The notes under the pieces are model-generated. The model made no database searches. It was not told the DNA's origin and was given only the letters and a program-made list of their open reading frames with translations. A stretch of 62,904 bases of DNA, counting the filler, from Octopus bimaculoides (taxonomy: Eukaryota): assembly GCF_001194135.2 (NCBI RefSeq). It is 6 parts of 6 records of this genome, joined end to end, with 100 filler letters (N's around TTAATTAATTAA, not from the genome) between each part and the next. Parts side by side here need not be neighbours in the genome. Positions count along the whole stretch, not along the records: positions 1 to 23,997 come from NC_068985.1; positions 24,098 to 39,519 come from NC_069005.1; 4 more parts are not named here. One strand, 5' to 3'. Shown here in pieces: positions 13,679-27,202 of this stretch; positions within the stretch are counted from its first letter, which is position 1; each line of letters opens with the position of its first letter. Both the position numbers and the translations under genes were made by a program.

Positions 13679-14031
13679 NNNNNNNNNNNNNNNNNNNNNN
13701 NNNNNNNNNNNNNNNNNNNNNNNNNNNNNNNNNNNNNNNNNNNNNNNNNNNNNNNNNNNNNNNNNNNNNNNNNNNNNNNNNNNNNNNNNNNNNNNNNNNN
13801 NNNNNNNNNNNNNNNNNNNNNNNNNNNNNNNNNNNNNNNNNNNNNNNNNNNNNNNNNNNNNNNNNNNNNNNNNNNNNNNNNNNNNNNNNNNNNNNNNNNN
13901 NNNNNNNNNNNNNNNNNNNNNNNNNNNNNNNNNNNNNNNNNNNNNNNNNNNNNNNNNNNNNNNNNNNNNNNNNNNNNNNNNNNNNNNNNNNNNNNNNNNN
14001 NNNNNNNNNNNNNNTATATATATATATATGT

Positions 14032-14076
<45 letters not shown>

Positions 14077-15309
14077 CAATCTGCATATGAAGAGAATGGA
14101 TAGTATATGTACTCACGCATCATAATCTATGATGCAACCCAACTGAGTTATGAAAGACCTGTAGCCATACGAGATTAAATTGTAATTCCTTTCACTTGGA
14201 TTTCATTGATAACTTTTATATACTCTATGGTAGCAATATTATTGATTTGTTTCCTGGATTTTCAGTCAAGCAATGATTCCAAATTACATATCAGATTACT
14301 CTGAAATGTGGTACCTAGTTTTCCTGCTGGATCGCTAACTGAATCTTCCGCTTGATTCTCCGAACACATTTTCCTATTTAGTCTATCCATCCATCTATCC
14401 ATCAATGCCTCCCTCCTTCTTTCCATCCACCCCTCTCTCCCTCCATTCATCTGTATATATATGTATGTGTGTATGTATAGAAGAGAGAGAGACAGAGAGA
14501 GAGAGGGGAATATGTATGATATATTATCTATGCGTATGTATCTGTTGAGACTATGTAGAGTGTATAGTGTGTAAACAAGACGAAAATCTTTTGGGAAGTA
14601 TATGGTAAAGGTTAATAGAATACACTGTTAATTGAAGATTGTTATTAAGATACGAAATCTTCATTTCCAGGTGCTGAAAATGTGGTTGCCCTATATATTG
14701 ACTGATTATGGTTAGCTTTGGTTTTCTGACCCTGCACTGAATGACACCAGCTTACAAAAACGCACACAACACGCAGGCAATCGTTTATACATAAACATAC
14801 ATGTACCTAGAAATATATAAATATATATATACGTGTACACAGACACCTAAACAGAAATATATTCACACACATAGATACACACACACAAACCTAAAGAACA
14901 CAAGAGCACACACACCTACAAATATACATCTAATTTTCGTTTGAATATGTAAATGCATTATATATATATATATATATANNNNNNNNNNNNNNNNNNNNNN
15001 NNNNNNNNNNNNNNNNNNNNNNNNNNNNNNNNNNNNNNNNNNNNNNNNNNNNNNNNNNNNNNNNNNNNNNNNNNNNNNNNNNNNNNNNNNNNNNNNNNNN
15101 NNNNNNNNNNNNNNNNNNNNNNNNNNNNNNNNNNNNNNNNNNNNNNNNNNNNNNNNNNNNNNNNNNNNNNNNNNNNNNNNNNNNNNNNNNNNNNNNNNNN
15201 NNNNNNNNNNNNNNNNNNNNNNNNNNNNNNNNNNNNNNNNNNNNNNNNNNNNNNNNNNNNNNNNNNNNNNNNNNNNNNNNNNNNNNNNNNNNNNNNNNNN
15301 NNNNNNNNN

Positions 15310-15371
<62 letters not shown>

Positions 15372-16217
15372 ATATGCATGTGTATTGTCATTGGTGTGTG
15401 TTAGCACAGAAATATTTTCTATGCGCAAAAGATGTATGCATTATATAAGCGTATATGCGTGTGAATATATGTAAATGATCCATTCAGTCTGATTTAGCTC
15501 CATGAAAACGCGACGTCGATATGCATATACACGTCTACATGAATACATACCGCGTGACACGTGACTAGTGTCGAGATCAATTTATCAACATGCACTACAG
15601 TCGGCATTTTATCTTTGTTCCAGTAAATTAGCTTTCTTTATCTCTGCAGAAATCAAGCTGTTGTATTCCAGTACTTAAGTATGAATGCATTTCTTGAGAT
15701 TTATTGAAATCCTCCTTATAGATTTCTAGTCGTTCATTAACAATGTGATAATGATTCCTCTGTATGTGGATATAAGAATGTGATTATTTGGAAGGTGTAC
15801 GTCAGTTGTGTGTGTGTATGCACGCACACACACACGCACACACTCACACAGATACACACAAACACACAAATAAAGAGACATAAGTGCATGTAGATGTAGA
15901 TATACAAACGCACACACATAAACACACACACACATAAAGACACACGCACATATATGCATACATATATACATATTCATATATTTATTCATATATATGCATA
16001 TATATTTATGAATATATAGATATTCATATATAATGCATGTTTTTATGTTTAGTTGTAGAATACATTTTCATTAATCTGATGGATTACTCTGTTTTTGCAG
16101 AGCACAAATTTATTATTCTTATACTACATAGAAACTTTGATGTCACTGTCAACAAAATTTATGTTTAATAGTACATGCGTACACATATATGTATGCATAC
16201 ATCTATATATAGCCATT

Positions 16218-16269
<52 letters not shown>

Positions 16270-16440
16270 TATATATATATATTAATTTATGTATATATTA
16301 ATATTATCTTGGTTGAAAAACTTCGATAATGCAAATATGTTAATAGTTACCAGGGTAGCAAAAATCACACAAAAACTGGGATATCATACCGGTTAATGGG
16401 TACAAATTCCATGTTAAAGTGATGTATTTTGAGTAGATAT

Positions 16441-16685
16441 AAAGAATAATAATAAATGGAGCAAAACGCATATAATCAATAAGTTCCTTTAATTCCTGCA
16501 GAGGTATGTAACCTTAGCATTTAGCGCAAGTCTTGCATTTGTAATATGGTTCCCTGACGATGTATTTATGTGCATATTCCAGCACCTCTCACTTCTTTGG
16601 AGTAGTGTGCACATAATTTTTGAAACATATGTAGGAATTAAAGGAGCTTATTAATTACATGCGTTTTACTCCATTTATTATTATT

Positions 16686-16689
<4 letters not shown>
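16441..16689. mobile_element. TA-flanked MITE/foldback with 60-bp inverted arms
   Basis: 16441-16500 versus the reverse complement of 16630-16689: 55/60 identical. Confidence 0.8.
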
Positions 16690-16726
<37 letters not shown>

Positions 16727-17844
16727 TGCACACATATATAGATGCATATATATATAACCATATACGTATATGATTACACACACACACACACACTCACACA
16801 CACACACACACATATACATACAGACATACATATATACTCGCACAGACACACACAGACAGACACACAGACAAACACACACACACATATATGGGATATCCCA
16901 TAAAATGTCAGTAGGTATGAGAGCTGAATATATTCATTTAAACACTTGATATCCTTAGGATTACGGCCGTTTCGCAGAATACTTGATGTAATAATAATTT
17001 ATTTTACATGTGTGCACTGATATGCATTGTACAATAGAAACATCTAATTTAGAAATCAGAGCAAATAAGGAATGCAGGCTTTCAGATAATAATAACATCA
17101 CGGTTGTATCAATGCTGTATCACTGAGTATACACAGAAAATTTCTTTTATATATACATAAATTAAAGTAGACCAATACTAGATAAAATTATCTTGCTATT
17201 ATCACTAAAGAATACATATCATATCAATAAAGATACTAGGTTTAGTTAATTAACCATCCCTAATGTAAAGAAAAGTGAGGAAAAGGAATAGGAGAGGGAG
17301 TAAAGAAGTTAAATCAAATAAATAAATATTTTGAAATTGTTTAAAATACATATAAAAATGAAATAAAATATAATGCACATTAAAGCAACAGAGAACAGAC
17401 AGCTACAAACATAAAGATTAAGCTAAGAGATAGTTTTGGGCAACAGTTAATTCCAAATAGGGTTAAAAGGTGAAAGGATCTCCAAGTGCATTCTGTCTCA
17501 GCAAACTGTATTGAAACCAATTTCATAGTCACGCCTACATTGTGACAGATACATATAATCCTTAACATGCTACAGATACTTAACGACACACAGATAGCTG
17601 TATATTCATGCACTCGCAGAGACAAACATTAATACTCACACAAACATAAGTATGCATATACAAAAGTATAAACTTACAGACAACCCCACACATAAAAACA
17701 CGCACACACACGTACTCACACATATATGTGGGTAAATATAGATACAGCCATACATATACAGAATATAAATATAAATACACACACATACAAATGTACGCAG
17801 AGACAAATATGCATACATATTGGCATATATATACATGCATACAT

Positions 17845-17901
<57 letters not shown>

Positions 17902-19342
17902 GGCATGCTAAATATAGCAGTTAAAATGCCGGTACTGCTTGTTAGTGCCCTTAATTATTAATATGTATGTATACATATACATTCATATATTCACGTACAG
18001 ATATATCCCTGTATATATAAGCGCATATATACATAGCAGATTAATACCTATATAGGCACATTCAAGTGCACACACACCTATACACTCAAATATGTATATA
18101 TGCACATATAAATCTATATACATCTATATGCACAACATAGTGATACACATAATGACACTCAGAAATACTGATACATACGTATATATATATATATACATAT
18201 ATACAAACACACATAGGCGCGCGCGCACACAAACACACACATACACAAATATAGACGCAAATGCTTGCGCAGATAAAGATATACACCACAGAAAGAGAGA
18301 ATGAACAAAGTGCAGCAGGAGACATTGTCGATAACTAAGGTGAAAGTAGATTGTGGTTAAGCAAAGTAAGAGATTATGCGTGTGTATTGATCAAAGCAAG
18401 TCTTTATTAGTGTAGGTTTAATAATTAAGTGTAAAGGTTCTGTGATGGCCACAAGATTCTATGTATCCATATATTGCACTACAAATTGATAATTGTAAGT
18501 AGTTCGTAAACTTATCCTCCGACGCTACTCTATCTCTTTCTCTTTCCTTTCTCNNNNNNNNNNNNNNNNNNNNNNNNNNNNNNNNNNNNNNNNNNNNNNN
18601 NNNNNNNNNNNNNNNNNNNNNNNNNNNNNNNNNNNNNNNNNNNNNNNNNNNNNNNNNNNNNNNNNNNNNNNNNNNNNNNNNNNNNNNNNNNNNNNNNNNN
18701 NNNNNNNNNNNNNNNNNNNNNNNNNNNNNNNNNNNNNNNNNNNNNNNNNNNNNNNNNNNNNNNNNNNNNNNNNNNNNNNNNNNNNNNNNNNNNNNNNNNN
18801 NNNNNNNNNNNNNNNNNNNNNNNNNNNNNNNNNNNNNNNNNNNNNNNNNNNNNNNNNNNNNNNNNNNNNNNNNNNNNNNNNNNNNNNNNNNNNNNNNNNN
18901 NNNNNNNNNNNNNNNNNNNNNNNNNNNNNNNNNNNNNNNNNNNNNNNNNNNNNNNNNNNNNNNNNNNNNNNNNNNNNNNNNNNNNNNNNNNNNNNNNNNN
19001 NNNNNNNNNNNNNNNNNNNNNNNNNNNNNNNNNNNNNNNNNNNNNNNNNNNNNNNNNNNNNNNNNNNNNNNNNNNNNNNNNNNNNNNNNNNNNNNNNNNN
19101 NNNNNNNNNNNNNNNNNNNNNNNNNNNNNNNNNNNNNNNNNNNNNNNNNNNNNNNNNNNNNNNNNNNNNNNNNNNNNNNNNNNNNNNNNNNNNNNNNNGT
19201 AGAATGTTCTCTATGTGGCTCGTGTGTTCTCGTCTACTTTTGTTTGCAATGTCCTGTACCCAGATATGCACCTATACATACAGGTGGATGTCGGTATGCA
19301 CATACCTGTACGTATATATGCATATACTCATTTACTTTTGTT

Positions 19343-19408
<66 letters not shown>

Positions 19409-19410
19409 TA

Positions 19411-19830
19411 TTGGGTCTTCCCATAAATAATGCGGTTTTTTCAATTGCATGAAATAAAAGTCGGAGGGGAAGGGCTAAACTACCTGCATCAACTTGCCAT
19501 AATTTTACCTTATGCTTATGCTTAGTGCAAATTCTGAAGAGTGCAGTTCGATTTTAAGAGTTACTTTTCAAAGCTATAATGGGAGTGACAAAGGAGCATC
19601 TTAGGCATATTTTGCTTTATGAGTTCAATAAAATCAACAACGCAACGAAAAGTACGAGGAATATCAATGCAGCAACAACAACGGAAAGTACGAGAGATAT
19701 TAACGGAGCAACAGCAACGGAAAGTACGAGGGATACTAATGCAGTACATGGAGATCGGATAATAAGCCCAAGGCAGTGTCACATATTCATCGGCACCTGC
19801 GTGCCATAGGAAAAAGTCACATATGGCGAA
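19411..19830 (+). mobile_element. Mariner 5' fragment (TIR plus transposase N-terminus)
   Basis: TA|ttgggtcttcccataaataatgcgg TIR. ORF MGVTKEHLRHILLYEFNK...VHGDRIISPRQC is typical of the mariner N-terminal HTH. Confidence 0.8.
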
Positions 19831-19833
19831 ATT

Positions 19834-19916
19834 GTCAAGTGTCTTCAACTATAATCTCGAGCCGACCAAAGCCTTGTGAATCGATTTGGTAGACGGAAAC
19901 TGAAAGAAGCCCATCG

Positions 19917-19995
<79 letters not shown>

Positions 19996-20169
19996 ATGTG
20001 TATGTCTGAGTGTCTGTATATGTTTTTGTGTCTGTTTGTCCCCCCACCATCACTTGACAACCGATGTTGGTGTGTTCACGTCTCCGTAACTTAGCGGTTC
20101 GGCAAAAGAGAACGACAGAATAAGTAGTAGGCTTACAAAGTATAAGTCCTGGGGTCGATCTGTTCGACT
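19834..20169 (+). mobile_element. tRNA-SINE family B, head-truncated
   Basis: ccgaccaaagccttgtg...gaaactgaaagaagccc, then (TA)n(TG)n, then cttgacaaccgatg...ggggtcgat; runs into the gap. Confidence 0.85.
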
Positions 20170-22954
20170 NNNNNNNNNNNNNNNNNNNNNNNNNNNNNNN
20201 NNNNNNNNNNNNNNNNNNNNNNNNNNNNNNNNNNNNNNNNNNNNNNNNNNNNNNNNNNNNNNNNNNNNNNNNNNNNNNNNNNNNNNNNNNNNNNNNNNNN
20301 NNNNNNNNNNNNNNNNNNNNNNNNNNNNNNNNNNNNNNNNNNNNNNNNNNNNNNNNNNNNNNNNNNNNNNNNNNNNNNNNNNNNNNNNNNNNNNNNNNNN
20401 NNNNNNNNNNNNNNNNNNNNNNNNNNNNNNNNNNNNNNNNNNNNNNNNNNNNNNNNNNNNNNNNNNNNNNNNNNNNNNNNNNNNNNNNNNNNNNNNNNNN
20501 NNNNNNNNNNNNNNNNNNNNNNNNNNNNNNNNNNNNNNNNNNNNNNNNNNNNNNNNNNNNNNNNNNNNNNNNNNNNNNNNNNNNNNNNNNNNNNNNNNNN
20601 NNNNNNNNNNNNNNNNNNNNNNNNNNNNNNNNNNNNNNNNNNNNNNNNNNNNNNNNNNNNNNNNNNNNNNNNNNNNNNNNNNNNNNNNNNNNNNNNNNNN
20701 NNNNNNNNNNNNNNNNNNNNNNNNNNNNNNNNNNNNNNNNNNNNNNNNNNNNNNNNNNNNNNNNNNNNNNNNNNNNNNNNNNNNNNNNNNNNNNNNNNNN
20801 NNNNNNNNNNNNNNNNNNNNNNNNNNNNNNNNNNNNNNNNNNNNNNNNNNNNNNNNNNNNNNNNNNNNNNNNNNNNNNNNNNNNNNNNNNNNNNNNNNNN
20901 NNNNNNNNNATATATATATATATATATATATACACATACATATATATATATTTACTTACATGTGTATGCATGTGCCAGTATATATATAGATATATCTATA
21001 TATATCAGATACATATAAATATGTGCATGCATATCTATCAAATCCATTACAATCGATAAATCATCCGGTTTATAGCGTTAATATATATCTTCCCTCGCAT
21101 CTTTCCCAGTATACATAGACACACATAGACATTCATACACACACTTATCCAAAGAGACACAAACACACAAATATATATATATGTGTGTGTGTGTGTGTAT
21201 ACAGCTAGATATACATCCGCATGCATGAAAACTCACATACACTCATTCACACATACATATATGCGTTTCGTATGCATACAAAATCATGCACTTCTCGAGT
21301 AGTAAGGGGTTCGGAGAGAACTTTATAAGGATGCGATTTATAATTTACTCGATATTAGATAATCTAAGTACGTTTTAGTGAAGCTTAGTCAATGAGAGAT
21401 ATTTCTCTTGGCATCTTTCCAACGTAGTCTTTCTAAAGAAAGAATAAGAAGCAAAATGCTAATACCTTGTATAAAGCCTATGTAAATATTGTTATCTCAA
21501 ACATCTGTTATGTTTTCCTTCTTTTCTTTTTCCTCTACGTCATGTCTTGTGATGTTTATATTTTTGAACAGTTCCTGTACTGAAGATAAATGAACAGAAA
21601 TATATCAGCCTTTGTAGTAACTCCAAGACAACTGTAATTCTACGAACTCGGGATTTTGCACTTGAAGAGACACAAACACCCACAACCCACATACACACAC
21701 ACGAATATATGTATACATTGGCATATATTGTATATATATATTTATGTCTATATATGTATTTGTATATACACACACGCACGGACACACACATATAAAGAGA
21801 GAGAGTGGGAGAGAGACAGACATTGAGATAAAAGCCATGTTGATGATTGCATTATATAAAAAAGACGATTAGCGACCATACATTACTATATCATTCAAGA
21901 ATGTCCAACCACCTTATATAGAATCAACGTATGAATCTGTGCCAGATCGAAAGGTTATACGTACCAGTTATAAATTATAAGCCTAAAGGCATTTCGGAAA
22001 ATGTCTTGCGATTGTGTTTAGTAAATTTTGTCAAAATACGAATCATCTGGAATATAAGTGTCGTAGATTGGCGACAATTTCTTCGTATGAAAGTTTAACG
22101 ACTTTCTCTTATCTTCGTAACAAGTTTGTGTGGTAAAAGAATCGCTAAATATATCTAAGAATCTTTGGATTCCTCTCTTCTGAACCATGCTGGAGGCTTA
22201 TATACTGCCCATTAGAAAGTTTCTCAAATCAATCTCAGCCATACTAAATCAAGTGTAATGCAGTGAATAATGCACAGTTTGATACTCTGTGACTATGAAA
22301 ATGTTCAGAGCAAGTAAAAGACTAAATAAAAGCATCAGCAACAACTAAACCAACATCACCACCGACAAAACAACATCATCATGGACAACAATGAAAGAGA
22401 CTAAATCGACAGCAAGGAGCACAGGAGATATCCTTCACTTGATCACTCAACCTGAAAGAAACAGAATATAGCTGCATCAGCTGGTTCAAGCTCAAACAAC
22501 AGCATTGGATAATGGATGACCATCGGTTCACTAACTGGGATAATGAATTGATCATGATGGAAACGGCTACTCAAGGGGAGAGAATTGGTCCTAGGTTTAT
22601 TGTCCTTATGTTGAGGAATTGCATCAAACAATGAATAGCATAATATAGTTCCATATAATTCTTTTATTTTGTTTCTTTATTTCCATGAAATAGGGTCCTT
22701 GAGGTCACTGATAGTCGTGAATGACACAATTTCGTCCTCATACAAACACAGGCAAACTCACACCTTGTTTATATGAGTGAGTGTGCTGTGTGTCAGTATC
22801 TCTTCTAGGTACAGATTCACAATTCGATCGAAGGGTAGATTGTACAATGTTTGCATGGTAGTGAAATATAAGTAATATATGCAGTGGATATATGATGTAA
22901 AAATAGGATGCTGTAAAATATGATGTAAGGTATCGAAACTGTAATCGAATAAAT

Positions 22955-23240
22955 ACATTTTCGATGCGGCGGCCTTTTATTACAACGAGGCTTTGGCAGC
23001 CAGCACGTTTAAGCACCGCATCTCTTTTCTGCCGAGTCCTAACGCTCACCAAAGAAAGTGCCACCGAAAGGTCAATTGGTTTGCCGCATACTTCTCACTC
23101 AGCATGAAAACTTGCGTGGGACGTATCGTACATGGTTTAGTGGATAAGCATTTTCCGCAATCCAATAGGTAGGGACGGTTATTTAATAGACAGAACTTAA
23201 GTCTCTCATTCCGCTGTGCATCTAGTGTAAAAAGGTTTTC
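22955..23240 (+). mobile_element. Penelope-like element RT C-terminal fragment
   Basis: IFDAAAFYYNEALAASTFKHRISFL...RKVNWFAAYFSLSMKTCVGRIVHGLVDKHFPQSNR*GRLFNRQNLSLSF resembles the PLE WFNPPFS..VKTNIG..F..L.DKHFP..H....FNR.N.K.SY motif. Confidence 0.75.
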
Positions 23241-24041
23241 AATGAAAGACTCTAAACAGTGCAGAGAAGCAAGATGCTCATGTAGAGTTAACAGTGAGTG
23301 CCCTGATGCAACTCCTAGTCCGTGGTCTATGAGGCAAAGGTCGTGTCCTTCAGTAACAAGAGCAACAGCAGCGGTAGCAGAAACAACAACAATAGAGGAA
23401 GTGCAGCAACAAGTAAAGACACATACACAGAAACATAATGGATCATCGGGAGCCCTTTTAAGCTGCTACGAAACAACCACAGGTCGCCTTTTAGGATGGT
23501 ATAGAGGTGCAACTTAACATCTTTGGGATCTTCACATGACATTTAAACGAGGAAGGAACGCCATACAGGATTAAATGAAAGCTCCTGGAACATCAGAAGC
23601 AGACGACGCAAACTTTGCTTGGCCGAGATAGCAAGGATCCCAAAAATTGGTTTGATTTGGGAGGCCTTCTTAAATACATAGAGTATTTGGTCTGTGGCCT
23701 CATACTAGAAAATGTGTGCTGAGGCATGGGCTCCACCGCTTGAAAAGTATTGGACGGAAAACGTACATAAACATCCCCTTTTCAGATATATCTAGGGCCC
23801 TTCTCGAGGAGATAACTCTGTGGTTTTATTCACCGCAATGCTGACCAAGCCTGTATTCTTACCTCCATTAGTAAAGATGCTATGTGCCTCCGGTCAGCGG
23901 GTCTGGTGCCTCGCCTCTACTGCTAGGAGCAATAGTCAACGTGAAACGAAGGGTAACATTCTGATAGGCTATGATCAAGGACTATATATATATATATNNN
24001 NNNNNNNNNNNNNNNNNNNNNNNNNNNNNNNNNNNNNNNNN

Positions 24042-24053
24042 TTAATTAATTAA
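24042..24053. other. Assembly linker TTAATTAATTAA inside a 100-nt placeholder gap (also 39564, 55541, 60309, 61775)
   Basis: An identical 12-mer (stops in all six frames) is flanked by 44 N on each side, five times. Confidence 0.95.
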
Positions 24054-24097
24054 NNNNNNNNNNNNNNNNNNNNNNNNNNNNNNNNNNNNNNNNNNNN

Positions 24098-24139
<42 letters not shown>

Positions 24140-24452
24140 TAGATAGATAGATTGATAGATAGATTGATAGATAGATAGACAGACAAGAGTCTCTGTGCGT
24201 GTATATTGATATATAATGTGGTATGATTTTCAACAAGCAGTATACCACTCGGTCATTAGGGAGAAAAAAAATTATTATGATAAAAACCAGAATAAGCCTT
24301 GTGAAATATATCCACACTGGGTTTCCTGGCCGAAGTATAAATTCATTTCGCCATTTATCAATCTAGTAGAATCAACAAGAGGGTTTAGTAACTGTGTGCG
24401 ATGCAATCAACGCTTCAACGAGCAAGTACAGCTTGAAAAAGAAAGAAATTAC

Positions 24453-24551
24453 GTAGATTTTAATATAAGTAAGACACTGGTTATCATAGTCCCGCAACGC
24501 AACTGACAAGGGAAAGGGATTGAAATGATAATCCAGGCCTCTCCAGAAGTA
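24453..24551 (-). CDS. Candidate exon 5 (BRICHOS-like, first Cys)
   Basis: gttctctag|TAC...TAC|gtaatt, with a poly(T) tract just upstream. 99 nt, phase 0-0. Encodes YFWRGLDYHFNPFPLSVALRDYDNQCLTYIKIY. Confidence 0.35.
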
Positions 24552-26559
24552 CTAGAGAACATAGTTGACACCATTTGGATAGGCCTAGACAAAAAAAAAA
24601 AAAAAAAAAAAAAAAANNNNNNNNNNNNNNNNNNNNNNNNNNNNNNNNNNNNNNNNNNNNNNNNNNNNNNNNNNNNNNNNNNNNNNNNNNNNNNNNNNNN
24701 NNNNNNNNNNNNNNNNNNNNNNNNNNNNNNNNNNNNNNNNNNNNNNNNNNNNNNNNNNNNNNNNNNNNNNNNNNNNNNNNNNNNNNNNNNNNNNNNNNNN
24801 NNNNNNNNNNNNNNNNNNNNNNNNNNNNNNNNNNNNNNNNNNNNNNNNNNNNNNNNNNNNNNNNNNNNNNNNNNNNNNNNNNNNNNNNNNNNNNNNNNNN
24901 NNNNNNNNNNNNNNNNNNNNNNNNNNNNNNNNNNNNNNNNNNNNNNNNNNNNNNNNNNNNNNNNNNNNNNNNNNNNNNNNNNNNNNNNNNNNNNNNNNNN
25001 NNNNNNNNNNNNNNNNNNNNNNNNNNNNNNNNNNNNNNNNNNNNNNNNNNNNNNNNNNNNNNNNNNNNNNNNNNNNNNNNNNNNNNNNNNNNNNNNNNNN
25101 NNNNNNNNNNNNNNNNNNNNNNNNNNNNNNNNNNNNNNNNNNNNNNNNNNNNNNNNNNNNNNNNNNNNNNNNNNNNNNNNNNNNNNNNNNNNNNNNNNNN
25201 NNNNNNNNNNNNNNNNNNNNNNNNNNNNNNNNNNNNNNNNNNNNNNNNNNNNNNNNNNNNNNNNNNNAACCCCCCAACACCCACTCCTAAAGAAAAGAGA
25301 CTAACTTTGACGTATGATTCCTGAAATAGTAAATTGGTTAGATAAATTAAAAAATTAAAGTCTACCATAAAAGTAAATTTAGAGGACTCTACCCCATATG
25401 TGAAATATGTACTGGTGGATGAAAGTGATTTCAAAAGACTAAAACAAAAATTCGGGCCGGACATTGCCGATCTATACAGAGAGGTGTGCTTAGATACATT
25501 GCCTCCTGAAGTGAAGTACAACGATATCTTGGAGTACGTGGTTTGATTGATTTTTGAAAAGTGTTTGACTTTGGAACTTTGTGGGCAATGAAAGGTTCAA
25601 TGCGACTGCTCGGGAGTGGGGCTAGAGTGGTCGTCATTCCATCTTTTCATTTGTTCATATTTTCAAATTCCATTCGATTTTATTGTTTTTCCCTCTTCTA
25701 TGTTTTCTATGTCCTGTACTGTCCCATCTGTGTTTTGACCCGAGTGGTTAATTAAAAATAAAAGTTCGCGCAGGAAGCCAATGTGAACAGGTGGTTCGAA
25801 GTTCGGGCTGGAAGACAATGTGCGACGGGCGGCGTGATGAATGTCGGCGTGAACAGTTTTATGTTGTAGTTTGTGCCATGTGATCGATGTGAGCGATGGT
25901 GTCGGAAAATTTCGTATGGAACAGCTGATACAGAAATTTTGGTGTAGACTGTGAAGTTGGTTTCGGCGGTTAATGTGAACAGTAGATGGTTTTGAACTGA
26001 CTGCGAAAATAGGGTGAACTTGGCAACCTAAAGAAGGCGGAATGGTACCGTGAATTCGGAAGTAACAAGAGTCCAGTCGAGAAAAAACAAGAGATGAAAA
26101 TAACATAGAAAGTAAATAATTAGACTTGTGAATAAAAGAAGAGCTCACCAAAAGAAGTCTACGTATTTCAGAGGTAAATGAAATAACTCTCGAAAAACTC
26201 TCTAAAATCTCTCTAAGGAACTCTTTATTTATTCCATAAATGTAATTGGCCTCTTAATTAAAGTTCATGTATTTTGGTTATACTCAAAAGGTTTGCCTGT
26301 TATTTTCAACTCTTCTAACTACTTTGACTACTGCTTCTTCCACTTTAAGCAAGTTGGTTTGCTGAGCTCGCTTATGAGGTCTTCAGAGGTGTCGGACACA
26401 GACTGTTGTGTTGTAGGTGGTTTCGGGAGGCCACGTGAAGCGTAAACATAGTGGTTTTCTACAACGCATGCAGAGATCTGACTACCTCTTGTTCTTACAT
26501 CTTAGTTCTATTATAGCGTCTGATGTAGCTTTTTAAACCAGTCATTGTATTGTATTGCA

Positions 26560-26945
26560 AAGTTGTTGGCACTTCGTCGCTTACAACGTCGAGGTTTCCA
26601 GTTGATCCGATCAACGGAACAGCCCGCTCGTGAAATTAACGTGCAAGTGGCTGAGCACTCCACAGACACACGTGTACCCTTAACGTAGTTCTCGAGGAGA
26701 TTCAGCGTGACAGTGTGACAAGGCTGGCCCTTTGAAATACAGGTACAACAGAAACAGGAATAAAGAGCGAGAGAAAGTTGTGGTGAAAGAGTACAGCAGG
26801 GTCCACCACATTCCCCTGCCGGAGCCTCGTGAAGCTTTAAGGTGTTTTCGCTCAATAAACACTCACAACGCCCGGTCTGGGAATCGAAACCACGATCCTA
26901 TGACCGCGAGTCCGCTGCCCTAACCACTGGGCCATTGCGCCTCCA
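26560..26945 (-). mobile_element. Full-length tRNA-SINE family A
   Basis: A/B-box head ggaggcgcaatggcccagtggttagg...ggtttcgattccc, (CAA)n tail, about 11-bp TSD ttgcaatacaa. Homologous to 52504-52893. Confidence 0.9.
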
Positions 26946-26980
26946 CTTGTATTGCAATGTCACCCACATTAATTGCATAC

Positions 26981-27029
26981 CTGATATGGACCACCAAGAA
27001 CTGCAGTTAAGTTCTGATCTCTGTGGACC
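26981..27029 (-). CDS. Candidate exon 4 (start of BRICHOS-like region)
   Basis: ttttag|G...CAG|gtatgc. 49 nt, phase 2-0, compatible with the preceding candidate exon. Encodes (R)[16 protein letters not shown]. Confidence 0.4.
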
Positions 27030-27069
27030 CTAAAATGTGTTTTGAGTCTTCCGTCAGATTGCAGACCTT

Positions 27070-27121
<52 letters not shown>

Positions 27122-27169
27122 TACACACATACACATACATATATACATACGTGTATATATATATATGTG

Positions 27170-27202
<33 letters not shown>

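Noticed and set aside
12600-16170. Scattered plus-strand splice-like sites (12653, 14671-14710, 15650-15678, 16100)
   Set aside because: No coherent product can be assembled; may be chance sites or a lncRNA.
22754-22900. Possible minus exon HPIFTSYIHC... and a strong acceptor near 21437
   Set aside because: Two frames are open, the donors are ambiguous, and the join to the other candidate exons cannot be decided.
24042-24053. TTAATTAATTAA islands repeated five times inside N runs
   Set aside because: Always 44N + 12 + 44N = 100 nt: an assembler's six-frame-stop gap linker, not biology.
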